Both the position numbers and the translations under genes were made by a program. Shown here piece by piece: positions 52,172-64,000 of a DNA stretch of 64,000 bases. Source of the stretch: Trichoplax adhaerens (lineage: Eukaryota; Animalia; Placozoa); assembly GCF_000150275.1 (NCBI RefSeq), contig NW_002060953.1:2332414-2396413 (forward strand). The letters are read 5' to 3'. Below the pieces are notes generated by a model. The model made no database searches. It saw only the letters and a list, made by a program, of their open reading frames with translations, and was not told the DNA's origin. The number at the start of each line of letters is the position of its first letter. The first letter of the stretch is position 1.

Positions 52172-55100
52172 TTAAGGTGGCGATAGCACATTGAAATACT
52201 TCTGCATATCCACAACATGACTAGGATTGATGTTGTAAACTGGATGCGTTGGATTCTGAAGAAGCCCATAAAAAAGTAAATTATTATTATAATTAGCAAA
52301 AATGAACGGCTTAGTTGTTCTGTCATACTTACTGCATGCCATTATAGAAAGTTATTATCGGTGTTTAATATCAGAAAAACTACTTTCACTTCATAACCAT
52401 ACTGACAATATATCAGCCAGCATATATTTGACCTACTAGTTCGTTTTCCGGATCTCCCACAACACGTTTAGTTTTATATTGATTGCCAACATGTTGAGCA
52501 ACTGATAGTCCACTTAGACCATAGCAGGTATGATAAAAGTCCCTAGGCCTAATTAAATAGGAGTAAATTACCAATTAATATATAGTTTTAATTGGTACAA
52601 GTCTTATCAACGGTACACTTACTTTCCAGGTTTGTCGAAACAACCACCTTTAGGATGCTGGCAACATGCCAAGACATATTCTTGTAGCGCAACTATAATA
52701 AGTTACATCAAATAAACTATACAGTATATAATAGATTCTGTAACCCTATACTTTAACGACATCGAATACTATTTAGAAATTTAGGAAAAATTAACGATAT
52801 GCCACTATTTAGAAATTAATATATGAAAAAATATTCTAAATATTATTTTCATCATGCAATAAGCGCAAAAACGGATAAGAAGTTAATGACCAAAACTTAC
52901 CATCGTCAAATAGCCATTCTTCAAGATCAATGGATTCATCTCCTGTTGCATTACAGTAATCATTAGAATGAAAGTCATTGCTTTATTAAAATTCTTAACA
53001 CCCTCAAAAATATTTTTATCTTACCGTTCATGAATAAAACTAAATTCAATAATGGGAACAATCCTCCTTGCCAAAATGAGTAACATCCATCAACTAATTT
53101 GTTTGTTCTGCCCTGATAATTGCGTATAAATAATTGCAATCCGCTGAAATGTTTGTTCCTTTTCATTTAGTCTTAAATCATTATTAAAAAGTCTAAACAG
53201 CTGAAGTACAGGCCAAGCAATTGACCAACAATATCACTATTGACTGACTAATTTCATACCTGGAATCCACCTTCAAATTGCATCTGTTTTCTTGCCGTCC
53301 ATCTCTAAAGAACAAAAGAACCTGATGTCAGCAATTACGATTACTTAAAAATACTGTACATGTAGAAGATAGTTGTTACTGCCATCATACAATTGTACAT
53401 TTTGATTGCTTATAAAAGCAACCGAAAACGTTGCTGAAAAATAGTTTCTGAGAATTGCCTACCAATAATTTTTGACAGTCTATGACTTCTTCATGGCCGA
53501 GAAGTACTAAGGCCGCAAAGCCGCAGAAAGAATAACCGCTGTGAGCTTCCATTCCTATGTTGTAAAGAATATAATATCCTAATCTTGTCTATATTTCTAA
53601 GCTTGACATCCCAGATATAGATATACGCTAATGTAAATAAAACTTTAGAACGCTGGTCACAATGAGTGAAGTAGTCTTTACCAGGAATACTGCCTATGCC
53701 TCCTTCGTATGTTTGACATCTATCATATTGGTGTATAAATATATATATAACAAAAAATTAACACGATACCAATATATAAATATCGACTGGAATTAAACGG
53801 AGAATGCAAATACTGTATAATATGCCTACCGAGCAATCCATTCAGGAGTATCCTTGAAGAGCTCCGAATTCGCAATATTAGTAAGTCTTGCAGCTACAGT
53901 AGCACAATAGACCCCTCTATTGGGTAGCAATTCAGATATTTAACATCTTGCAAGACGTAAAGAAAAGAAATAAATAGCTTGTAGCTGCTTGCCTAACGTC
54001 AACTTCTCCATCATCATGAAGTCGGAAGGCTCCTTCAGGAGTCTTCAGACTTAGCAGGAAATTCTGTAATGCCTTCCTTTAATATTAGCGAGTTTTAAGT
54101 AAGTAATAAAACAGGTCAATCTAAACACAATCGAAATTAACCTAAGATAAAACGAAAGGATTTTTATCTATGCAATTAACTTTGGGGATAAAGTCAATTG
54201 ATACTCGTGATGCTGAGTAAAAGTTTACAGTTATCGAACAAGTTACCTATTTATCATTTGATATCCTTCTTTCAGATTGACAATGCAAACTGCACAAATA
54301 GCAGCATAGGTTGGAGCTAAATGAGGTATTTGTCCTGGACCGCCTGGATCACAAATGAGAAAAACGGACAGAATACGCTTCAATTTTACTGATTAATCGT
54401 AATAATACTCAACAATTAATTTACCTCCGAAACCTCCATCAGGTGACTGACATCGAGAAAGGAAATCGATTATGCTAAAATGGGATCAATCAATCAATTA
54501 ATTCATTTACGATGATTATAAAGCAGATTTTGGATTACTGAATTAGCAAAGCAAGAAATACTAAACTTTACTGTCGTTTTGGATTCAATTTATTAGCTCT
54601 TTCTGTATACATAACCGTGGATCAACCAACATAAAATGGAATCTCAGATTCTACAGGATGTTGCATAATAACGTTACCTATGTTTGAATTCTTCTGGTGG
54701 TGTTTTCTTAAGCAAATCTAAGCTGTGCAATATCCAATATACCAGCCAAGGTCTACTTGCATCAAGGCACTTTCAAGATAGAATAATAATTAATCGCTAC
54801 AATTCTAATTCACTACCTTATATGATAATCATTTTATCATTATCTACTCGTATATTGTCATTAATTCTTGAACAATTAAAGGCGTTCAAGTTAGGGAATC
54901 ACCAGTACGTTTCAGAGTACTGTCTCTAGCATTTTAAAGACGTCCCCAATAATATTGCTGTATATCGTGATCATAGCATTGCTGTAGCTACACTTTATTA
55001 TAAACTATAGCTAATAGTAATATAAACTGTAAGTCGTCTTGGCGCTACGACAGAAAGAGTTTAATTTAATCAATTTCCTACGCTGTAGGAGGCAATTACG

Positions 55101-55774
55101 CATAAATGTAGTTCATAGAATACAAAATTTCAATACCGTAAGTCCAGCCATGTCAAACAATATTTCGTCAATGTTACAGGCCGATTAGAGAGTTTTATGA
55201 ATTATGAATTATAGTCATAGCGTTCTAATTTGGAGGATGACTTTTTAATTATCCCAGTTTGTCAATATCGTACTCATCGCATTTATTCTACTGTATTTTA
55301 TGACTGGGCAATTCAATTCACAACCTTTCAAGATGAGCCACTTTTTGTATTGTAAGTACAGTATTAGCAGATGAAAACTGTCATACCTGATAGGATTGCG
55401 GCAGTTTTTTCAGACTGTTGTTTAAGTAATTTAGATGCTGACGGATAAACAGCTGAATCCTAAATATCAAATGCAACTCAGGTGAATTCATTCTTACAAC
55501 ACGTATCAATTCGTAGAGTGTTCAAAGCATTATAAAAGCAAGAATTGCCTATCATGGACTTTGAATGAAACTCAAACCGGTCATGAATACAGATTGCTAT
55601 CATTTAGTCAACCCTAGGGTTTTTTTTTTACCTTCCATCATGATAGACGTCTTCTTGATAGCTATAGTATTTTGCAACATTTTTCTCCACAATCCTTTGT
55701 TCATGGGAAGATGCTGTAGGGAAATTATCATCATTAACCTTCCATTCATCAGGGATACCAAATAAACGAGACAT
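52172..55774 (-). CDS. FNTB: Protein farnesyltransferase subunit beta
   Basis: CLDASRPWLVYWILHSL, GGFGGGPGQIPHLAPTYAA, GEVDVRGVYC, CQTYEGG, EAHSGYSFC, FEGGFQGRTNKLVDGCYSFWQG, DKPGK.RDFYHTCYGLSGLS, PTHPVYNI. Confidence 0.97.
53917..53992 (-). other. Non-canonical GC-AG intron in FNTB
   Basis: The minus-strand junction gacgttag|gcaagc...caatag|aggggtc restores GEVDVR-GVYC. Confidence 0.8.
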
Positions 55775-56489
55775 TTTTCAGCATACTGTAACACAACTGG
55801 ATTGAGCGTAATGATATTAGTTATTGAAAGATCGAATGGATTCAATCAGTTCAATGTTTTGGAATGGATCACTGATGATGATCTTTACTTCGATGGTCCA
55901 AAGCAATCTGCAGAAGTTGTTACTGACTCGAATTGAGTGGAAAATTGAGTATTTGTTAATTGCTGCAGCAATGCTGTACTCTCGCTACTTTCCATGTAGT
56001 CTTGAGTACTGACAAGAAACTACTGTCAGATCGGACCTATAAAGTCATGTTCAATACATGATCGAGGTTGGTTAACTCTACATCTCAAAACAAGACTCGT
56101 CTTCCATACAATGAGCTATGATTGAATAAAAGTGCATTACTATGTACCCCGTTGTCCGATACACAAAGTGGTTACGTATAAAAAATCTCTGTTGACTAGT
56201 GGTAGTCCATGAAGTGGAAGTTATCCTGTATTCCATATCCGCCATCCAGTACAGTTAGCCATGCTGGCCGATTTAATCCATACTTTTTGTACTAGAATCA
56301 TGATTGAAAAAGTTCGACTTTGATCAACGCAAGTCTTGTTAGCACATGCAGGTAATTAGAGTAAGGTTCTGTGTCAGCACCGTACAGTATTGCGCAATCA
56401 ATGCATTACAGTAACTGTCCTTTGCTCCAGGCATAATTAATTAATTTGTTTTGAGCGGTCATTTTTACCCTAATAACGTGGAAGATTTC

Positions 56490-57175
56490 AAATCGTAGTA
56501 CACTACTGTAGCTTATAGACAGCTTACTACAGTACTATGAATGAAAAATAGTGTACTGCTAGTTCAAGTTGAGTAAAGAAGAGATTCCATCAGCAAATGC
56601 GAGGCCAACTACAGTATTAGTCAACTATTTCATATCATTGAACTATACTGTATATACAGTACATTTATTATTACTGTTGAAAAAGAATCTACTTTGAAAC
56701 AACCCATTTCTCAACTGGTTAACAAATTGGGCCGTCCAGTCTGCCTACTGGTGACAAATGTACACTAGTGTACATCCTTGAGAGGTAAGTTTACGTTTAC
56801 TTAATCACTTCATACGCGTATGCTGTACAAAGATTTAGAAATGGGATAATTAACCTTTAGTCAGCTGGCGGAGTTATGCATTGAATGACAACGTACTCTA
56901 GAAGAGAGCATAACCTCAGTTATTAGTGGTTTTATATTTACTTGCATGATCGTAGCGAGCGGTTGGATTGATTTGAATAATTACTGTACAGTATATTGCA
57001 CTGACTTTACAGTATTGAATGGAAATAAGGCAGTAAAATTAGAATAGAGTCTATTAGTTCAGTAAGGTAAGCGATTCAGTTTGATATACGCACACTCGAA
57101 TATCCAAGTTACAGTACGGTATATGGTTTATTCGGCTTTTTGTCGAGAACTTGAACTACTGCACAGTGCACAGTC
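56490..57175. promoter_or_regulatory. Diffuse TACAGTA/TGTACA-motif zone with perfect palindromes between divergent FNTB and PP2A B''
   Basis: tactgtatatacagta (56646-56661), atgtacactagtgtacat (56758-56775), several tacagta copies, and a likely 5'UTR splice donor gag|gtaagt near 56785. The regulatory role is inferred from position only. Confidence 0.5.
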
Positions 57176-57624
57176 GTTGAGAATGGGATCGATTTTCATC
57201 TACTTATGACAGTATCTTTGACGAGAGATTGAGACGATCAGAGCAACACCGGACGGCGTCAATTTAGTGAAAGCTCAACAAATTCAACAAGGAGTGCTAA
57301 CCACCTGGGGATCTGGAAACTTGTTCGTCAACACTGAGTTCAACGAATTATAGCTTGAAATCCATGCTGTGAATCAGTTAGCTAAATCAAGCGTTGGCTT
57401 ATCCAAACATCTTTCACGACTAGTAACGGTCGTACGATTTAACACACCAACTAGATCACTGATCAGTATAATTATCATCCTCAAAGTGCGGTAGAATTAT
57501 CAACTGTCATATGCAACTTACCTAGCTGTAGTTTGCCGAGTTCGCTCAATAGACGATTTGACTTGGCGCCAAAGCTGCTGGATATGCTGTAGTGTTGGAA
57601 ACTATTGATCAAGTTATCAATAAA

Positions 57625-60600
57625 ATGCATGTAACCGTAGCTTTGCAAGATAAGGTCAAAGAGCTATTTTTCACCTTTATTACTGATGATCATATTCAGC
57701 AGTCGCTGAAACATGAGGTCGAAAATTTACTACATGGACAGCCGATCGGTGCTCAATCTACCTCTCCTAGATCGACTTCTCGTAGTCGTCCCATGTCACC
57801 ACCGGCTCCGCCACCTTCAAATCAGCAGCCTCGTAGCCCACGATTAAACAACAAAAATATCAGTCGAATTTTAAGCACTTCCTTGCAAGCCAATAGTATC
57901 GAAGATGCCACAGAGAACTTGACCGTCGATAGTACAAAAATTCCGGGATTTTACTTTCCTTTTGGAAAGCAAACTAGCCAAGATCAAGCTATAACGGATT
58001 TATTTTCCACATTTCCTCAACACACATGGCACTCTAAAGATTTCGGCAGTGTAGCTAAGGTAAATCAAAGCATTAGTAATTTCTATACAGTATAATCTGC
58101 TTGTATATGTGCTAGCAATGTTCCTCGTTTGTTGTCGTTGATAGTTTCGTTTTAAACTATTATAGGAACACGTTGCAAATAACAGTTTTTCAATAATGCA
58201 TTTGTTTTATCATTAGCAAATCCTTTTGCTTTTATACGCTATAAGTTGTAGAACCGTAGTTTCGTAATGATCTCTTCTTTTTAGCTGATAACCATTCACT
58301 CGTATGTGCAGCATCCTGTACCTTCCCACAGTAAACGTAAACTTGACAGCATAGTCTATATGAAATACTGTACACATTCGCTGTTATCGTTAGCAAGTAC
58401 TGAGCTAAAGACTCTAGTTCTGTATATTTATAATTTATTTTTAGAAAACTCTAACGTTCATTTACGTAAAAACAACGCTACTAATCACCTACTTGGATAA
58501 GGTACTAATGTCTTCACCGCAATATTATTTTAGGCTTGTGGTTTGCCCCACTACTTGAAATCGTCTTTATTTAATGCTGCCTGTGACAGTGGTGCGAATT
58601 CGATCACGATGCATGACTTTCAAAATTTTTGGAACAGGTAAATATAGCTCGCACTACTGTGTAACGTAAAATTACAGCTTGCACACGGTTAATGTTTTCA
58701 ATTTATTTGTTCGTTACTAGTGAAGAGTCTAGGTAATTAATTAATACTATTACGCGCTTATATCTGTAAAAAATAAGCTTGTTTTGACGACTATAATCTA
58801 TAAAAATCACTTTGTCTAAATTAAGTTATATAATTTACTATCAATTCTTAATATTAAAATGGTGATAAAGGTGTTAAAAATAATTTTTGGCTCTATTAAT
58901 GCTGTTTAGATTTACAAGCAAATACCATGATGATATTTCTCGTGTATTTTATCTTCTGACTCAAGACGCGAAAGATTACATAGAATTTGATGATTTCGTA
59001 CCTTTAATTCAGGTGAGACTTGTTTTCTACATCATCTTCTCCTGTATCATTGGTTGTAAAAATATGTCGGCACCTTTGAAGTATTACTATTGCAATGATC
59101 GGATAGATCTTCAAATCATGGTGATATGAGCAGTATCTTGCGTTCTTCATCATTAACATTAAGTTGTAGCTGACAACACCTGCATCTTACTCATAACCAA
59201 TTAATGTAGTGTATCTATTTGTACTTTCAACTAGTATTTGATAAAACTCATTATCCCAATCGCTTTGATCATAGGATGTAATCGATGAACATCCTGGATT
59301 ATCCTTCTTAAACGAAGCTGCCGAATTCCATTCTCACTATATAAAAACGGTCAGTGTAGATCATTGATGATACTTGTATCCCTTGCGAATGTAGGCGCGT
59401 ATTGCCTTACAAAATTTTTAATTATAATGTTTATGGCATTCTTTATGTATTTGGATTGTTGTTGTTAGTTGCGCATTCACGACAGTTTATGAAATTTACT
59501 GAAGTGCTTATTCTTTTATAATGCAGGTTATTGCACGTATTTATTATAACGTTAATAAAACATGGTCGTATCGAATAACACTGCCAGAATTACGAAAGAG
59601 CAATTTTTTAATAGTGCGTAAATCTCTCCAACTATAAAAATAATTGTTCGCCTTCATATCACTGTACTAGATTCCTCTGTGATATTTGAGTAAAATTTAT
59701 CGATATATTTTTGAATAACACTCAGGTATTGAGATTACTTGAAGATGAAACTGATATCAACCAAGTAAGAACTTAATACTGACTAATTACGATTTCAGAA
59801 TGATGTGTACGCAATTATACTCAGTAATTTGTAATCTTTGACCTTCTGCTCGTATAATCTGTAGATTACCGATTATTTCTCCTACGAACACTTTTACGTA
59901 ATTTATTGTAAATTTTGGGAACTTGATGATAATCATGACATGCTAATTACTAAGGAAGATCTGTATAGGCATAACAATCAAGGTTATTATCAAATTTAGG
60001 GTGACTTGATCCTCTATAGAACATTTTGTTGTTAGACATTTTTGTTAATTATCATTTTACCATAGCTCTTTCCAGAAAGATTATAGATAAAATATTCTCT
60101 GGTGCCGTCACAACAATGAAATCAGAAACACTGACTTTTGAAGAATTTGTTTGGTTTTTAATATCGGAAGAGGATAAGAAACATCCAAAGAGGTAGATTT
60201 CCTATGGGAATTAACCAGATCTACTATAGAACTTACTCTGAAGATGATGTTTGTATATAATGTCATTGTGCTATATTTCGTCTTGTAAACAATTAGCATT
60301 GAGTATTGGTTCCGATGTATGGATCTTGATGGCGACGGATATTTATCTACATACGAATTGGAATATTTTTACAACGAGCAGTACTGTAGAATGGAATCTC
60401 TTGGTGTGGAGGCCGTTAAATTTGAAGATTTGCTATGTCAGGTAGGCCAATGATTATGCAGTTGCCGCATACAGCATAACCTTAGTCAGGGCTACTGAGA
60501 GGAAAACCCGGCTTTCTTCTCAGTTGTCCCTGCCTTGGTTATGGAGAGTTGCAATTGCCAAATGTACAATATAATTGTTAGATAATTTACGCTATAGCAA

Positions 60601-61131
60601 TAAAGTTTATGTATATATTCGTTTTAATTTGATGCAGATGATAGACTTAGTGAAGCCCAAAATAGAAAATACTATCACTGTCCGAGATATCAAGGCCTGC
60701 GGCCTTGGTCACATTTTCTTCAACGCCTTTGTAAATTTCAGCAAATTTATGGAATATGAGCAACGTGATCCGTTCGCAGATAAAGTACAGTAACAGACCA
60801 TAATGTTGTTATAGTAGTTAATATGTCTTCGCAATTGTAACACAACTGGTTACAACTCATTATAATTAGGACCTTGAAGATGAATTTTCGGATATGACCT
60901 TTTGGGAACGTTATGCTATGAATGAATATGAATTACTCGTAGCCGAAGAGGGAACAGTGGAGGACGAGTACACTCTGTGAGTCTGGAGAATTCTTTTTAA
61001 AATTTAATTCCTTTATTGATACGTTAGTAATTGATTTAGTCTTAGTTCACTAGTTATAAATTAAATTTAACTATAATTCTATCATCAGGTATGACGAAAC
61101 TGATACATTCGAAGGACAAGGGCCAGTTTAA
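57625..61131 (+). CDS. PPP2R3: PP2A regulatory subunit B'' (PR70/PR72 family; EF-hand)
   Basis: [10 protein letters not shown]-terminus, [97 protein letters not shown]. Confidence 0.95.
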
Positions 61132-64000
61132 TGGCTTCTGCTTATTGTTGTGAACTTGCAATATTCTTTAAGACAAATTTTCTATGTGGTTATGTGATTA
61201 TAGGTAGTAAAATTACTGAAAAGATTTTTTCAAATAAAACTTGGTGAACTTTACTTAACTTCCAATAGGCACTGTAGCATATATTCTATTACATTCGTAG
61301 TCAAAAGTAAGATTCCTAGTGATTTTAATTAATATATATTTCAGCTTATTTAATATCTAGACAGTATGGCATAGCAAATACTGTTTACGGAAACTGTCTT
61401 AAGCTGCATTTGTAATGTATAGTAAATGCGTGTCTTTCTTACAATCTTACTTATGAAACCCAACGTTGTTAAACTACATTGTTGATAACATTGTGAGGGA
61501 TATCCTGAAATATATTCAATTTTATATTGTAAATAATTCTGAGTGAACTATGATAGCGAAGATGCTAACTATTGGCTACAGTATTAATAAATTCTTTCGT
61601 ATCCAAGAAAGAGATTTTATTCGGAAGTCTTTAATAAATAAATTAAAGTTAGTGTTAATATGATACGAATGATTTGCATTACATTTATGCATGGATTAGG
61701 TATCTTCTGCTTCAACGGTGTAGAATTTGTATTACTTTTAATTTGAAATTTTAAAATTTAACCTTTTGTCCAAACTTGTGATAAAATAGCCACGAGAATA
61801 ATAGAAAAGCTTAACACATGCAAGAATCGTAAAGGTAAACATTCTAAGGCGTGTTTTTCTATCTCGTCATTACAACAAGACTGCACGTATCACTGATTTA
61901 CAGCTGATTAATATAAAGCATGCCCGCAAGGAAGCGAAAGCAAAATTTCTTAACTATCTCACTTTGAGCGCCATAAATTTGTCGATTCTTATGCAGATAC
62001 AGCTATGCTGTAAACCGTATTAGATTGGCTGTACACTACTATATCGTAGCTAGGATTCATTAATAGTAATTTTCCTGGATTGTATTCTATTACATGCGTA
62101 TCTATACTAATTGCTGAATTTGTAAATATTATAATACGATATAGCAGCTACAGTGATTGTACTATTTAATGTTATTTACCGTATACAATTGAAAGATTAT
62201 CATTGTTTATAAAATAATTGCTAACCATAATAATTATATATTATTCATGGTATACCAACTGATACACTACGCAGATATAATATTTTAATTTAATTTATAG
62301 TTTACCCTTATTTTTTAGTACTCGCATTTAAGAAGGAACAGAGTTCTCAAATGCCAAAAGATCAGTGCATAAAATACTTTCTTTGAGACGAAAAGTTTCC
62401 AGGAAGAAGAGATGTAAGATAGGGCAGTAATCTATTCTCGAATCATCATTGCTTAAATAATTAATTAATAGACGACTTCTACGCGATATAATATTACAAT
62501 AATTTAAATTGATTGATTTTGTAGAGCAGGAACTAAAAGTTTTTCTAATAGTTATAATCAGGCTTACAATATTCGATAAAGTATAATTTTTTGACGTGGA
62601 AATTCATAGCATAATTCCGGTCGATTAGTTGATGAAATTTTAATATCTGCAACATAAATTACTTTCTTTATTATGGTTATCTTTAGCAGTATAGTCAGCA
62701 TATTTCCAACATACCAGAAAGCACTATATCTTACAGTAATTCTTATAGTTATAAATATGTATCATATGGCGTAGTTTAAATTCATTAGCTTTCCACCTTA
62801 CATCCGATCAAATTTGCACTATCGTACTTGAAATTACTAACTATACTAAGTATATTATAAATGTAGTCTTACTAAGTGAGACTATTCGTAAGAAGTTCTG
62901 AAGCCGCTTTTTACTGCTGTAGAAGTACGGCGTAAATCGGTATGAGTATTTTAATATTATAGACATGCAAAATCCGCGGAAATTCCACAGAATATAGTGC
63001 GATTTTAAGTTAATAGAGTATAGCGATTTTTCAATCAAACATTACAAACGGCGTGATACACCTACAGTATGGGTCAACTCAATTTTTGATAGACAGGTAG
63101 ACAGCTATAGTACCTCGAACAAATCTGCACAAATTTCTCGAATTAGGTTTCTATGGAAGCCCGATAAACATATGGTACCATAGAAAGATTAATTATAATT
63201 AATTGTGTTCGTATACAGGTAAGAAACTTTTAAACATTAAAATATCTTAGTCAGAAAATTGTGAAATTAGAAGCAAGTAATATAAATGTGAATATACGAA
63301 AGCGTTCAGCAATGTACGCAAGCTATATATCATTAATGAAATTGATATAGCGAGTGCAAAGAAATCATAATATTACTCATTTACTATTACAATTTTATGA
63401 AGCAGTTGCAAACATTGCTTCAGATCAGGTCAATTCAGTTAATTCATTACTATATCATATCAGTACACAAAGAAATTATGCTCTACAGCGAAAACGTATA
63501 TTTATATATCACCAATATTTAGTCCTATATTCTATTCGGTAATATTTAAAGTACTTCAATATACACAATATTTTACGTGAAAGCTATAGTGTATTTTTCT
63601 TTATCGATTATCTCTATTTAGTAGCAAGCTTGAGCTTTTCCAATACTTGTGCCATTTGATAAAGCCCATATAGTGGTCCATGGGAAACACCGATTATTTT
63701 AGATATATACCCACTCTATCAAACGTTTATCCCGGATTTTATTTATTGTCACGGAATAAGAAATCCTCAATGAAAACTGAATTCTGTGCAATATGAAAGG
63801 AATGGTAGCATCGTTAGGACTTGATGTAATCCTAGGAATCAGCACTCAAGAACCGTTGTATGAGCTAGTAATTACAGATACCTGTATTACATTTTCGGTT
63901 CGGCTGATAAATTGCCTAACAAAATGTAATATCTATATGCTTGATGTACTTTGGAACCTTACTATCGTACACTTATTTCATCCCAATCTGTTGATTTATT

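Noticed and set aside
56646-56661. Resemblance of TACTG..CAGTA to the bacterial LexA SOS box
   Set aside because: The spacer is too short (6 vs 10 nt between TACTG and CAGTA) and the context is eukaryotic; coincidental.
61132-64000. Gene in the last ~2.9 kb, including an exon-like segment near 62320-62413
   Set aside because: The segment has stops in all three frames and the short ORFs are featureless; at most UTR or upstream sequence of a gene outside the window.

Overview
AT-rich, gene-dense eukaryotic DNA with many short (mostly ~75-150 nt) spliceosomal introns and an animal gene set. The compact architecture is most consistent with an early-branching animal such as a placozoan (inference, not proven). 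Exons were joined by hand. Gene order: EIF2B5 3' end (+), nucleoside diphosphate kinase (-), golgin-45/BLZF1 (+), RNF7/RBX2 (+), a divergent SHARK/HTK16-type tyrosine kinase (+), AKAP14-like (-), PSMD1/RPN2 (+), an intronless NrtS-like small membrane protein (-), UNC80 (+), an orphan single-pass membrane protein (-), FNTB (-), and PP2A B'' (+). Two observations stand out. (1) The NrtS-like gene is a candidate bacterial-origin nitrate/nitrite transporter with an N-terminal Cys-pair module, embedded among host genes. (2) Self-complementary TACAG/CTGTA/TGTACA simple-sequence islands sit almost only at gene 5' ends, notably between the four head-to-head pairs, suggesting a lineage-specific promoter mark. 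No rRNA, tRNA, CRISPR or recognisable transposon was found.
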